Below are positions 41,985-56,941 of a stretch of DNA of 64,000 nucleotides, one piece after another (within the stretch, counting starts at the first letter, position 1; every line of letters starts with the position of its first letter). Made by a program: the position numbers and the translations under genes. Source of the stretch: the human T2T-CHM13v2.0 reference genome, Homo sapiens; NCBI RefSeq assembly GCF_009914755.1, contig NC_060942.1; one strand, 5' to 3'. Below the pieces are notes generated by a model. That model saw only the letters and a list, made by a program, of their open reading frames with translations, was not told where the DNA came from and ran no database searches.

Positions 41985-44640
41985 CTAAAAAAGACCCTTT
42001 ATAAAAACTTACAGCTACTGTCATATTTAATAGGTAAAAAATGCCTACCTTCCCTTTAAGATGGGAAAAAGGCAAAAATGTCTGCTCTCACCACTCTTAT
42101 CATGTTTGAAATCCTAGTCAATGCAATAAATCAAGAAAAATAATACAAGATATATAGACTTAAATGAAAGAAGTAAACTATCCCTATTCATAGACAATAT
42201 GATTGCCTATATAAAATTACTATGGAAGCTACAAATAATTATGGGATAAGTGATTATAGAAATGTTTCAGGATATAAGATCAACATACAAATATGAACTA
42301 TATGTCTATATTATAGCAATAAACAGTTGGAAACTAAAACAAAAACAATGATACAACTCATAATAGCTTTAAAATGTGAAATATTTAGGTAATAACAATA
42401 TATGTACAGATTTTCATGCTGAAAATAACTAAATGATGCTGAAATAAATAAATAACGGCCTAGATAAATGGAGAGGTATTTCATGTTCACACATTGGAAG
42501 TCTCACTATAGTAATGAGGTTATTTTTTTCCAGATTGATTTATAACTACAAAAAAATCTAAAATCAAACTCCCAGGAGTATACATTTTATAGACAAATAA
42601 AGCTGGTTCTAAACTTTATATGGAAAATCAAATAAACTGGAACAACCAAGAGGATTTTTACAAAGAATTAGATTGGAAGTCACACATACTCAGACATTAA
42701 GATTTATTATAAAGCTATAGTAATAATCAATACAGGATGGCAGTGGTGAAAGTACAGGCACACAGATAAATGGAACAGAAGAGAAAGTCCAGAAATAAAC
42801 CTATGCATGCATGTTCAACTAGCTTTTGATAAAGGAACAAATGTAATTCCATGGAGAAAGTCATCTTTTCAATAAGCAGTGCTGGAACTATTGAACATCC
42901 ATATGTAAAAAATAAATAACAAATTTCCATGTCATACAAAAAATCAACTGAAAATGGATCATCGACCAGAATGTAAAAATTCAACACTGTAAAGTTCTTA
43001 GAATAAAACTAAGAGAAAGCCTTGGCAACCTTGAGCTAAGCAAAAAGTCCTTGGAAATAACACCAAAAGCATGGTCCATTGAAAAATTGATGAATTAGAT
43101 TTTATCGAAATGAAAAACTTCTGCTCTGAAAAAGACACTCTTAAGATAATGAAAAGACAACCTGCAGACTGGGAGAAAATATTTGCAATTACATACCTGA
43201 TCAAGAATTTGTATCCAGAATATATATATATATAGAACTTTCAAAACCCAACAGTAAGAAACCAAACAACCCAATACAAAGTTGAGCAAAAGATGTGAAC
43301 AGACATTTCACTAAAGAAGATATTCAGAAGGCAAATAAACAGAAGAAAACACAGTCCGTATTATTAATGCTATGGTGCTCCTATACAAATGGATTTATTT
43401 TTAAGACAATACCAAGTGCTTACTTGGATGTAGAATAACTGGAACTTTATACATGTAGAATAACTGGAACTTTCATACATTGCTGCTTTTAGGAATGCAA
43501 AATAGTACAGCTATTTTGGAAAATGACTTAATAATTTCTTATCAAGTTAAGCATACACTTAGCCTATGATCTTACAATCCCATTCTTATTCCCTCTAGAG
43601 GAATGGAAAATCTATCTTTAGTTAGAAAGGATACACAAAGGTTTGAGCAGCATCATTCAAAATCACCAAAAACTGGGAACAACCCAAATGTCCTACAGTG
43701 AGTGAAGGTTAACAGACTGTGGCTCAGCTGTGTAACAGAATACTCTTCAGCATAAAAAGTCATGGGCTATAAATATATACAGCATGGATAATCTCAAAGG
43801 CATTATCTGGAGTGAAACAAGCAGTCCCGAAAGTTTGCATATTGTATGATTCTACTTATATGACATTGTGGAAAAGAAAAAATTACAAGAGCATAGAAAA
43901 GATCATTGGTCACCAGGGATTGGGGTGAGGAAGTATTTATTGCAAAGTGTATTAGGGTTCTCTAGAGGGACAGAACTAATAGGATAGATGTATATATGAA
44001 GGGGAGTTTATTAAGGAGTATTGGCTCATGCAATCACAAGGTGAAGTCCCATAATAGGCCGTCTTCAAGCTGAGGAGCAAGGAAGCCAGTCTGAGTCTAA
44101 AAACCTCAAAACTAGGGAAGCTGACTTCGGTCTGTGGCCAAAGGCTTGAGAGCCCCTAGTGGATCACTGGTGTTAAGTCCAAGAGTCTAAAAGCTGAAGA
44201 ACTTGGAGTCTGATATTCAAGGGCAGGAAGCATCCAGCATGGGAGAAAGATGAAGACCAGAAGACTCACAAGTCTAGTTCTTCCATGTTCTTCTGCCCAC
44301 TTTATTCTAGCCATGCTGGCAACTGATTAGATGGTGCCCACCCAGATTGAGGGTAGGTCTGCCTCTCCCAGTCCACTGACTCAAATGTTAATGTCCTTTG
44401 GCAACACCCTCACAGACACACCCAGGAAGAACACTTTGCATCCTTCAATCCAATCAAGTTGACACTCAATATTAACCATCATACAAAGGGACAGAAGGAG
44501 TATGATTTGGGGGGTGATGAAACTGTTCCATTTCCTTATTGTGGTTGTATTTACTACATGAATACATCCATGTAGTAAAATTCATAGAACTGTACCTCCC
44601 AAGGAATGAATGTTACTGTATGAAAATCTAAAAATTTTAT
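41985..44640 (+). mobile_element. Old LINE-1 (L1ME-like) ORF2 3' half plus 3'UTR, interrupted by MLT2A
   Basis: ORF2-like gaaaagacaacctgcagactgggagaaaatatttgcaa and aaagatgtgaacagacatttcactaaagaaga. 3'UTR ggtgatgaaactgttc...aaattcatagaactgtac. 25-bp tandem duplication at 43428-43478. Confidence 0.85.
43948..44483 (-). mobile_element. MLT2A (MLT2A2-like) HERV-L solo LTR
   Basis: tgtattagggttctctagagggacagaactaatagga...caatccaatcaagttgacactcaatattaaccatca. Perfect 5-bp TSD caaag at 43943-43947 and 44484-44488. Confidence 0.92.
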
Positions 44641-45486
44641 TCAGCATTTCTACGTGTTTTCAGTAGTGAGACAAGATCAGCATCAGGGAAGTCCATCCTG
44701 TGGCATTAAGTCAGGTTTTTATTGCTTTTGTAATAGGAAAATACAACACAATAAAAGTCATTTTGTTTTTTTAAAAAGACAATTACATTGACAATACTTC
44801 GAGCTAAGAACCAAACATCCAGATACAAAAATGAGTTTGTATTGCTTAATAAAATTCTCCGTATTCTAAACTTCAGATAGGAATGAGCTTTGCCTGTTTT
44901 GCCAAACTTATAGGGACTAGCATAGAGCTTGCAGAAAACAAGTTCTTAATAAATACTCTTTATAACATCACTCAATAAATGACTGTAAACACAGACCTAC
45001 TGACAGTGGGAGAAGTGGGAAAAGCCAAAATCACAATGCAGAGCATACAGAATTTGCTTAAATAATCTATACCCATATAACAAGAGCAAACATACAAACA
45101 TCAAATCTCCTGCCTTTTATTTTTCTAATTCTCTTCTCGGAGTCAAAACCCTACTCATTGTTTAAGGTTCAGATCGGATTTTATTTCTTCCAAAAAAATC
45201 TTCCATACCCTCTCCATCTCACTCTGATTATTCTCTTATTTGAATGCTAACTTGCATTCTGACTTTGAGAGTAACCATATAAGCCCCTTGTAAAGCATAC
45301 TCTGTCATGCAGCTATGTCTTATCTCTCTAGAATAATTAAAAACCCATGGATGATAAAAATCTAATTGAATATGTAGTCATGTTTTTTCTGAATTCTTCT
45401 CAGTACCTACATGTTACTAATGCACCTGGAGGGCATGACTGATGTTGCCTCAGAGCTGATACTCTACAAAGGTACTCATGCCTCAC

Positions 45487-45758
45487 TTGCAAGTTGTCAG
45501 GGAATGTGCCTTTGCTGAAACCAAGGGGTTGGGTACATAAGAGGACAAAGTTGAGGTAGCCCCATGTTGGCCCAGAATCTCACAGGACGGCATCAGCAAC
45601 TTCTTAGGCAGCACCCAGGCCTCTGAAGTTTCATCATTAGTATAGCACAGGTATCCAGCATGGGCACTTGCACCGTGAAAGAATGAGTACTTGCTCTTAT
45701 CATCCAGACTTTGTTCAGGATCCTCAGCTCATTCACAGAAAAACTCGCTACTCTGACT
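45487..45758 (-). ncRNA. Candidate exon (strong acceptor, donor uncertain)
   Basis: Minus strand ctttccttttttgtttttttcattctgtag|AGTCAG. Possible donor CAA|GTGAGG at 45486-45481. Prediction only. Confidence 0.35.
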
Positions 45759-46419
45759 CTACAGAATGAAAAAAACAAAAAAGGAAAGCTTATTTTACTC
45801 TAAATGAGAAAATGTTAGATTGCATTGGGTCCTTTTCAAAGAAATGAAATTAATGGAGTTACTCATTTCCTTCAAGGAAAGAGTAACAGTGCAGTTTCCC
45901 TCTAAGTTTTGCTTTCTCCTTCAGACAGCGCTCCTAATAAAAAAGGTTTACTATCATCAAATTGATTTAATCAGTGGATTTAAATGGTGCTTGACATTGA
46001 ACCTAGTGATTATGACTTTGGTGTATTTATGTGTTTAGTACATTTGCACGTGGTGCGCTTATTAAACAGAGCAAATAATTTGCAGCAGAGTCGGCTGAGT
46101 CTTTGCAAGCTGAAGGAAGTATATAGCATTGTTTCCCCTCATCTGCATTCTTAAGTGCCTATTCTCTATAAAGCTTAGAGAATAAAGCTTTGCATTCATT
46201 TGTGAGCTGAAGTTAGGCTTGTTTCCATTAACTTCAAGCAACATTTCTTGTTCTTTCTCATCATTAGAACCTTAGTTTTTGGAATTTTAAGATATTCCTG
46301 TTTCAGAAATGGACATGGCTCTGAACTCACTAAGGTTCTCATTAGGTAAAAAGAAAGAATGCTAGAGAGAGAGAGAGAAGTGTCCAGAACATAAGGTGCT
46401 TCTCTGATTCTATCTATAC

Positions 46420-46690
46420 TCACTCTTTAACTCCTACCTTTATAGGAAACCATTCCTGACCACACCAGCTTATATTGAAATCACACACTACTAATGGTCA
46501 GTACCCTACAATTTGATACTGCCTTACATTGCTTTATAGTGGTTGTTTTGAAATTGATTTTAATGACTCAAATTTGGGTTTCTTTTTTCAGGGTTGAGGA
46601 TATGCTGCTCACCTTTTCACGTGTCTCCCACAGACCCTGTTGCAGTATAAGCCTTCAGTGGGTGCCCAATAAATACTTAGTTTGCTAGCT
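46420..46690 (+). mobile_element. L2 3'-end fragment
   Basis: ggaaaccattcctgacc...cagtgggtgcccaataaatacttagtt. Confidence 0.55.
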
Positions 46691-46885
46691 CTTGAAAATG
46701 GCTTGTCAATTTTCCAACACTGGCACAAGCACAAATGGTAGTAGATGCTGCAAATATTAATTTCTCGTAGTTAGAAAATAAATATGGCATTTTGTGCTTG
46801 GCTGGGGGGCTGTCCTTTTGACCTATAGCATTTTCACAGTTGTTTAAAATAGAACATAACTGCCACTTTTGACCCCATGAAATAG

Positions 46886-47259
<374 letters not shown>

Positions 47260-47821
47260 AGTTTTGCCTAGTTTTAAAGGGAATATAAGCAACTATGGAA
47301 GGTCCAATAATTTCTTCCCTTCCATAGAGTCAATATATCTAATAGCTGCTTTCCTCAGCTGACTAGCATTGACTTCCCCAACACAATAAAGAGGGCAGAG
47401 ATCTGTCTGAGAGGGTCCTGCTGGGAAGTGAGCATCTGCAGAGGGTCTTGGCAGACCCCTGACAAGCATAAGACTTTAGGTACTGTCTGCCCCTCCTGCC
47501 TCTTCCTCTTGCTCTCTACCTCGTCATCCAGCAGCCGTGTAACTGTGGCTTCTGCAAGTCCATCCTCAGCAGCAGCCCCTGTTCAGTGTTGCTTTCCCTG
47601 GAGGTGGCTTTTTCCTGCCTGGGCTATAGTCTCATAAAGCTGTCACAGCCCTGTAATCAGTTTGTCTTACCCTCTGAGATAGCTCAGAGGTATCTCACTT
47701 TTCCTGAGGAAGTACTACTTATGAGTCCCTGAAGTCTCACGGTATTTAATGTAGGAGACGATGTAAAGGATTTAGTCTTATTTGAGAATCCTAATGATGG
47801 CAGGTGGCCAGCTTTGGACTG

Positions 47822-48180
47822 TGCTGTGGACTAAATGTTTGGGTCCCTTCCAAAATTCAGATGTTGAGGCCTTAATTCTCAATGTGGTGGGCTTTCAGAG
47901 GTCTGACTTCTGAGGAATGAAGTCATGGGGGGTAGAGCCCCCATTATGGGATTGTTGTCCTTATAAAGCAATGAAGGAAGCAGAGCTCTTTCTCTCTTCC
48001 ATGTGAAGATACAGCAAGAAGGAGGCTATCTACAAACCAGGGTGAGGGCTTTCACCAGGAAATGAATCAGCCAGCACCTTGATCTTGGCCTTCCCAGCCT
48101 CCAGAACTGCGAGAAATAAATTTCATAATTTAAACTAGTCCATGGCATTTTTGTTATAGCAACCCAAACCAACTGAGGCA
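47822..48180 (+). mobile_element. MaLR solo LTR (MLT1A-like)
   Basis: tgctgtggactaaatgtttgggtccc...ccagcaccttgatcttggccttcccagcctccagaactgcgagaaataaattt. Confidence 0.85.
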
Positions 48181-48329
48181 GGCTACATTACTCTCTGGGA
48201 CCCTTTAGGTGTAGGAACAGATTATTTTGCTTAAAGGTTGGTTACCTATTAGTCATTTACTGTCTACTGATAATGTTACCCCTGCTGCTTTCTGCTCATC
48301 TTGGCCTTTCTATTTGAACAGTGGTCTCC

Positions 48330-48610
48330 TAAACTGTCCTGTCTAGATATGAGACCTGAAACTGGGGCAGCCATTGCGAGACCCTGATGACAGCCAGCCC
48401 AATGGCAATGCAGACACACACAGCATGGTGGCATGAGATCATGTCCTAAGAAATGAGAGAATTTGATGTCATCGTGTGCTGCAGTCAGCCAGCCTTGGAA
48501 CTCACCATACCTCTGGACTGCTTGATAGGTGAGAAAAGAAATTTGATATTGCTTATACTATTTTGAATTGAGATTTTCTATGACTTGAAGCTAAAAGCGT
48601 CACTCACACA
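48330..48610 (+). mobile_element. Old MLT1 (K/L-like) 3' fragment
   Basis: ggcagccattg...cagccagccttggaac...ctggact...gagattttctatgacttgaagctaaaagc. Confidence 0.5.
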
Positions 48611-48732
48611 GTTGGTTAAGTAAAGGTTGGTTATGAGAGTTTCTACATTTACCTACCACAAAGGGTTCTCATGAGAATCTGATGGAATTTGATGATGGAT
48701 AAATAGATATAGAAAATATGGTATGTGTATCT

Positions 48733-49492
<760 letters not shown>

Positions 49493-50620
49493 TTTATACA
49501 CACAGATATATATACACACACAATGAAATGTTGGTTAGCAATAATAGAAGAAGGAAGTCTTTCCGTTTGTGACAACATGGATAAACTTGGAGGACATTAT
49601 TCTTAGGGAAATAAGCCAGAAACAGAATGACAAATTTTGTATAATCTCACTTATATGTGGAATCTAAAGAAGCCAAATTCATAGCAGTAGAGGGTAGAAT
49701 GGTGGTTGCCAGGGTCTACAAGAAGGGGAGAACAGGGAAATGTTGGTGAAAAGGCAAAAATTTTCAGTCATGCAGGGTAAATAAGTCCTGGGGATGTAAT
49801 ATACAGTAACAGTAATGTGACTATTGCTAACAGAACTGTATTATATACTTGAAATTTGCTACAATGGTAAATCTTAAGTGTTCTCACCACAAAAAGAGAA
49901 AATAATAACTATATGAGGTGATGGATATGTTAATTCACTTGGTGATTATTTTACAATATATACATATATCAAAATGGCAAATTGTGCACCTTAAATATAT
50001 ACAAATTGTGTTTGTTAATTATACCTCAATAAAACAAAAATATATATTCTTATAATTATTGGTCTGGACATGTGTGTGCTCAGGAATGGTACTAGGCAGT
50101 AGAGGTCCAATCTCTGCTCTCACCGAGTTTATAATCCCAGGGAAGAGACAATATTAAAGAAATAATTATGCACATATTTTCTTTTAAATAATAACTACTT
50201 TGTAAACCTACAGTGTAGACTGTTTGTATGATGGCATTAATACCTTCCAGCCTCAAAAAATAGATCTTGCTTTTGAAGGGCTTGTGGGTTCCACATGTGA
50301 CATAAAACATGTGCCGATGGTAAGCAGAAAACTGGAGGGAACTTAGAAGGATGGACTGAAAAAGGAGGCTTTACCTTGGGAAAGGGGGAGGGTCATGTTT
50401 ATTTTGGAGGTCCTTACATATTCAGAACCTTTTTAAAAAATTTTGGGCCAATCACTGCATTTTTAGGTGCCGGCAGGTATCAAAAATGTAAACTGATAGA
50501 ATGTTAATTTTTAATAAATCCTCAGGAATAAATGTAATAGCTCATCTGTGAAGGATGACTGTGTTTCTTTCCCTTATGAAGAGACCTTGATAATATATTA
50601 ATGAGCGGCATAATGCTTAC

Positions 50621-50787
50621 CCTTCAAGGGTGACATGCTCCATATATATGCAAAAGCCACATCACCCCACACTGAACTTTGGATAATGTCCAAATGTCTT
50701 CCCTCTATCCTGATGTTGTGTCTCTCATATCTGTTTGCTAGGTACATGCTCTGGCACTGCTTGGGTATAAATAATAACATCTGGCAT
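50621..50787 (-). ncRNA. Candidate internal exon (167 nt)
   Basis: Minus strand attcttcaacctccag|ATGCCAG...TTGAAGG|GTAAGC. One frame is open throughout (part of ORF 50598-50837). Prediction only. Confidence 0.35.
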
Positions 50788-51804
50788 CTGGAGGTTGAAG
50801 AATCTAACCATGTTTTGCTGATTGATGAATTAATCAATTTTTATTGATTACCAGAATGTTCTATTAATTCTATTATGATGTCTAAAGGGGAATCCATTGC
50901 AATTAAACAAAAAGACATTTGATAGTTTTTGTGGTAATTGAATTTGTAAATTTATTAGCTTTCAGTTGTTTACTTCCAATATAAGTAATTAATATTTCAT
51001 GTTACTCTTTTAAATGGGAAAATGCTTATGGGATCATTTTAATTAAGGAGCAGGTATTGATTTGAAATGAAACCTCTAAAAGCCCTGAGTTTGTAATTGG
51101 GTAATACCTGGGTTATCAAAAATGATGTATTCTGATTACATTCATATTTCTCCAAAATCTCATTCCCTGACACAGAAGGCATAAGAATCTGTGCTTAAAT
51201 GTCAGCTGGGGAAGAATGCACTAAGGTGCAAAGAAATCATTAAGTACCAGCTGAAATAATGTCCGCTGCAGCAGTGGACATGAAATCTGCATTGTGGTCT
51301 CAAGGCAGACAGGGATTCACTAAGATAAAGGCAGAGACAGTAAGAGAAGTCCTAGTGCTCAGGCAAAGAAGGAGGAAGGGGATGTTGAAGAGGCAAGCAG
51401 AAAGGGAAAGCTGGTGTCCCTGTGCCCGGGCAGAGATCGCAGATATTGGAAGGCTTGGTTCATAACAATGGACAGAGGCTCCTCTAGCCTAACAGCAAGG
51501 AGAGGGCTAGGCCTAGATTTTAGAGGTCTTCTAATGTGGAACATGGAAAAAAGTACTTCATCCTCCTATAATTTATGAGTGCCAATGACCCTAAGGTCAT
51601 CACAGAATGGGGACAGGACTATAGGCCAAGTTGATCAGAACCCATTCATTTGGAACAAACACGTTCAAGACCCGGAGAGTAGAGTCAGTCAATCTAGGAA
51701 TGAGTGTCAGGAGCATGAGGCCAAGGCAAGAAAGGAAGGAAATTCCAGCACTGCACTTCAGCGGTAAGGAAATCAGGCGAGCAGCCATAGCAGGTTAACA
51801 CCTG

Positions 51805-52182
<378 letters not shown>

Positions 52183-52806
52183 TTAACTAAATATTCCCAG
52201 CACATAGAATAGTGCTTGATGTATTATAAGTCCATGTGTTAATTCATGTGGATGAAGACCCCACTGAAGAAATAGGACATGGAGAGTGGGCAGGGGAGGG
52301 TATCCTAGTGAGTATATGGACAATGAAACATGTAACATGGCTTGTTGTTTGATTTCCACAATTGTCTTTAATTTTTTTTACTGCTTAGAATCTGCCTTAA
52401 AGGACAACATTGCTTGATTTCTACCTGGATCATTTCATAAAATTCCACAATGAGAGAGAAAAAATTTAGGACACCTGTGATGCTATTACATATGCTATGA
52501 TATCTGATAATTTCTTATTTTAATAGTACATCAAGGGTGAGGGAAATGTACAGATGGAGAGACGAGGAGAGCTTTGCAGTTTTGAAATGGCCACAATTAC
52601 AGGGTGTGGGCTATGAATTAAGGAGAAATGCTGTTGCAGACTCTACCAGACTTCGTATGTTTGCTTTTAGGTCCAGCTCTAGTTACCTCTAATAAGAGGC
52701 CACATATGAAAACTATTTTAACGTGTAGTTCAAGCACTGCTTGTGATATGTTTGTATTTTAATAAGGTAGTTTCATTCACAATAAAATGATCACTATTAT
52801 AAGTCA

Positions 52807-53101
52807 TTTTTTTTTTGAGATGAGATCTTGCTCTGTTGTCCAGGCTGTAGTACAGTGGCTCAATCACAGCTCACTGAAGGCTTGACCACCCGGGCCTCAG
52901 GGATTCTCCCATCTCAGCCTCCTAGGTAGCTGGGACCACAGGCACACACCACCACACCAGGCAACTTTTTTTATTACTATTTGTGGAGATGAGGTCTTGC
53001 TATGTTGCTCAGGCTAGTCTCAAACTCCTGGGCTCAAGCAATCCTCCCACCTTGGCCTCCCAAATTGCTGGGATTACAGGCATAAGCCACTGTGCCTGGC
53101 C
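52807..53101 (-). mobile_element. AluJ
   Basis: J-type features (atcacagctcactg, gaggtcttgctatgttgctcagg, cctgggctcaagcaatcctcc). Confidence 0.93.
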
Positions 53102-53296
53102 ATTAAGTACATTCTTAAGGACAGTATTTTATTTTAAAATCCATCGCTTACAGTACTTTCATTTGGACAAGACAAAGTAAAATTCTTATTAAGTTAAACT
53201 TCCTAGATCATGCAGGATAATTGCTTTGATGTTTCAAGATCCTTCCAAACTTTACAATTTTTCTTGCACATGTATAATTTTAACAAATTGAAATGT

Positions 53297-53876
53297 AGTC
53301 ATAAATTGCTTAACGACAGAGATATGTTCTGAGAAATGCATGCTTTGGTGATTTTGGCATTGTGTGCATATCACAGAGCACATAGATGGCAGAGCCTACT
53401 CCATACTGAGGCTATATGGTGCAGCCTGCTGCCCCCAGGCTGCAAAACTATACAGCAGGTCACTGTACTGAATATTGCAGACAATGGTAACACAATGGTG
53501 AGCATTTGTGTATCTAAACATACCTAAACATAGAAAAGCTACAGTAAAAATACAGTATAAACAACTTAAAAATGATACACCTGTTTAGTGCATTTACCTT
53601 AAATGGAGCTTGCAGGATCGGAACTTGTTCTGGGTAAAGAAGTGAGCACGTGGTAGGTGACTGTGAAGGCCTAGCACATGACTGTATAGTACTGTAGACT
53701 ATCAACTCTGTACACTTAGGCTACACTAAACTTATTAAGTAATTGTGCTAGAACATTACAATGGCTACAGTCACTAGGGGATGGGAATTTTTCAGCTCCA
53801 TTATAATCTTATGAGGTCACCATCATATATGTGATACTTTATTGACTAAAATGTCATTTTGCCACTTGTGACTGTA
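53297..53876 (+). mobile_element. Tigger3-family (TcMar) DNA transposon deletion derivative
   Basis: agtcat...ttaacgacagagatatgttctgagaaatgc...tatctaaacatacctaaacatagaaaag...ccattataatcttatga...tgactg, TA-flanked. Confidence 0.85.
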
Positions 53877-53884
53877 CTAAACAT

Positions 53885-54070
53885 TAGAGAAGTAGTATAG
53901 AAAATTAGAACACGCTGAAATGTCATGACTCCAGTTGTAGTCCTGTGTCATTAACTAGCTTGGTGATCTTGAACAGGCACTTCACCTTTCTGGGTCTCGC
54001 TTTTCTTACCAGCTAAATTACAGAACTAAAGTAGATCATTTTTTAGATCATTTCTATCTCATTCTGACAG
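53885..54070 (+). mobile_element. MIR SINE
   Basis: actagcttggtgatcttgaacaggcacttcacctttctgggtctcgcttttctt. Confidence 0.65.
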
Positions 54071-54088
54071 TCTACCGATAGAGTCTAC

Positions 54089-54420
54089 AATAGCTTTGTC
54101 CAATAGAAAGACATCTGTGAGCCAGAAATACAATTTAAAATTATAAATGTACATGTAGCCATGTGAAAAAAAGTAAGAAGAAATAGATGAAATTAATTTT
54201 AATAATACTTCCATTACTTAAATCAGCATATCCAAAGTGGTATTTTTTCAACATTTGATCAATATAAAATTATGGAGTTATTTTACCTTTGTTTTATCAT
54301 ACTGAGTCTTTGAAATCCAATGCATATTTTACTCTTACAGCATATCTTAGTTCTGACTGGCTACTTTTTGAGTACTCAATAATCACCTGTGGCTAGTAGC
54401 TATTGTATTGGACAACACAG
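54089..54420. mobile_element. MER33 hAT-Charlie MITE
   Basis: tgtccaataga...gatgaaattaattttaataata...tctttgaaatcc...gtggctagtagctattgtattggaca. Confidence 0.82.
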
Positions 54421-55012
54421 GTCTATAGTATTCAGCTAGAAAAAAACTTCCATTAAATGGAAAGAAGACTTTCTCGGCAACATTTGTGACATATGGAAAC
54501 TTTTTTGAAGAGTAGAAAAGAAGCTACATTATCAATTAAAATGATGAGTTTGGCTCAGTTGCCTGGTGCCTGGTGGCTTCAGCCCCACAATAGAAGGAGC
54601 TAGAATTTACTCCCTTTTGAGGTTCTCTTTTGTTTATCTGCTGTCACCAGATCCCCAGCTGTGGCTTGAGCTCTGCTGTAGAGTTCTGTTTGCTTTTCTG
54701 TGGGTCCTTACCCAGACTATGGTCACTACTTTCCCAAAAGATTGCATGGCCTCAGCAGGGGAGTGTGCAGCAAGCAGGTGCTGACCCACCCACCCTGGCC
54801 TCACCTCCAGGGTCTCTACAGCTCATCCTTTTATTCTTAACTTATCCTCAGCAACACCAACATATGGCTGCTGTGTGTGTGCATTACATGATCACTAATG
54901 GTGTGAACATATCTTGAACAAACTAAACATCATGGTGGAAAGTTGAAGGCAGATGATACTTAGGGCTGTTTTCAAAGTCAAAGAGAAAAGAAAAATAGGA
55001 GTTTTCTCATGG

Positions 55013-55199
55013 TAGGGTTGCCAGATAAAGTGCAGAATGCCAGTTCAGTGTGAATTTCAGATAAATAACAAACACTTTTTTAGTGTAAACATGCCCCAAA
55101 CATTGCATGGGATATACTTATACTAAAAAATTTACTATTTATCTGAAATTCATATTCAACTAGGTATCCTTTTTTTTCTTTCTAAATCTGACAACCCTC
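55013..55199. mobile_element. MER53 palindromic hAT MITE
   Basis: TIRs tagggttgccagat / atctgacaaccct, internal inverted arms tgaatttcagataaata / tatttatctgaaattca, TSD-like tcatgg on both sides. Confidence 0.9.
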
Positions 55200-55562
55200 T
55201 TCATGGATATGTTCAGTTCAGGTGTGATTGATCCATAGAGTGATAGACCCTTTTTTTAAACGTTCCACTGTTGATCTCATACCCTTCAAGAAAGCCTTTT
55301 TATGCTTTAGATCCGTCTTCTGCTCAGTCATTCCTTCCACTATTTTTTGGTGATAGCAACTCACTGCAGAACATTTTCTAGGGTCTAATATATTCACAAA
55401 GAGGTCACAGGAGACTTCTAATGATACCTTTTATGGGCTTTGAAATTCAAAGTCCAATTGTGTTTGGGTAAGTACCTCTCCCCGTGTGAGTTCAATACAT
55501 CACTGCTTCTTTCTGCCATCTTCCAGCCTCAAGACCTAGTGTTCAGAGAGAAGTCTTTGAAC

Positions 55563-55563
<1 letters not shown>

Positions 55564-55598
<35 letters not shown>

Positions 55599-55611
55599 CA
55601 TAACATACACA
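55564..55611. repeat. (CA)n microsatellite
   Basis: Direct reading. Confidence 0.95.
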
Positions 55612-56359
55612 CAAAGAAGACTCCAAGCAGTAATTCCAAGATAATAATAAAGGAAAAAAGTGGCTTCCTAAATTAACATAGTCTGTAAAGATTTCACTTT
55701 CCAAATGAAGAAAGAACTTTTCTATTATTATGTGAAGCAGTTTTTACTTTACTTTCTCAACCACCAGCTTTCAAACTGCTCAGTGGTCAACTTAACCAGA
55801 AAAGGAAGTCTGCCTACTGGTCTATCTGGACCAGGCCCCACAGGGTGCCTTCTCTAAAAACAGCATCTCCCTTCACTGCTGCTGCTGCCTCTCTCACCAG
55901 GACCTGCAATCACCTGCTTCAGGCACACACATATACTGAGGAAGACAAAACAGCTGCAGTTTTAAAGTAGCTATTCTTTCTCCTTTTTGTCCTGATACAC
56001 AAGAAATTGTTGATAATTTTGCTCCTAAGTAGAGGGTCTGAGTCAGGTTAGATTGCCTTTGTATGAGATCCAGGACTAACTCTAGGCAAAACTGAGGAGT
56101 AAGGCCAGCACTTTTATCTCTCCTCTTAAACTCTTTTCATTCCTCTACATACTCACGCTACTTGCCTTCATGATTCTGGCCTCCCAGTACCCTCTGCTGT
56201 TCCATCACAACTAATCTCTGATATGTTATTTACATACAGCCAAACCTTACCAGATAAACATTCATAACAGGAGTTTGCAAACTTTATATCATGAATGCTT
56301 TTTGAGAATGTAGTGAAGATGAGGAATCTTTTTCCTAGAACCAGTGCCTACAGAAATGC

Positions 56360-56363
<4 letters not shown>

Positions 56364-56414
<51 letters not shown>
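56364..56414. repeat. (TG)~25 perfect microsatellite
   Basis: Direct reading. Confidence 0.97.
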
Positions 56415-56415
<1 letters not shown>

Positions 56416-56427
56416 TGTAATGGAGTA

Positions 56428-56748
56428 TTATTATTTTTTCTTTTTAGAGATGGGATCTTGCTCTGTTGCCCAGGCTGGAGTTTAGTGGCCTGATCATAGC
56501 TCACTGCAATCTCCAACTCCTGGACTCAAGCAATCCTCCTGCAGGGAGGATCCTCAAGCATCCCAAGTAGTTAGGATCACAGGCATGTGCCACCAAGCCC
56601 AGCTGATATTTATTTATTTATTTATATTTTGTAGTGACAAACTCTCATTATGTTGCCCAGGCTGGTCTTGAAATCCCGGCCTCAGGTGGTCCTCTTGCTT
56701 TAGCCTCCCAGTGTGCTGGGATTACAGGTGGGAGCCACTATTTGTGGC
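56428..56748 (-). mobile_element. AluJ
   Basis: gatcatagctcactgca...ctcaagcaatcctcc...tgttgcccaggctggtcttgaa. Confidence 0.92.
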
Positions 56749-56941
56749 TATCAGGGATTATTGACGTAGTATAATAATATTAAGAAATGGTAAGAAAAAA
56801 AAACAGTAGATAAAGCAAGAGAATTACATTTTGCTCATTCCTAGCCTGTACTTGAAAAGTGTGAGTTTCCCTGTAGAAGACCAAGGGGCTAAATCATACC
56901 ATGAAACCCTGGTCTTATATGCATGTGTAAGCATGCCTTAC

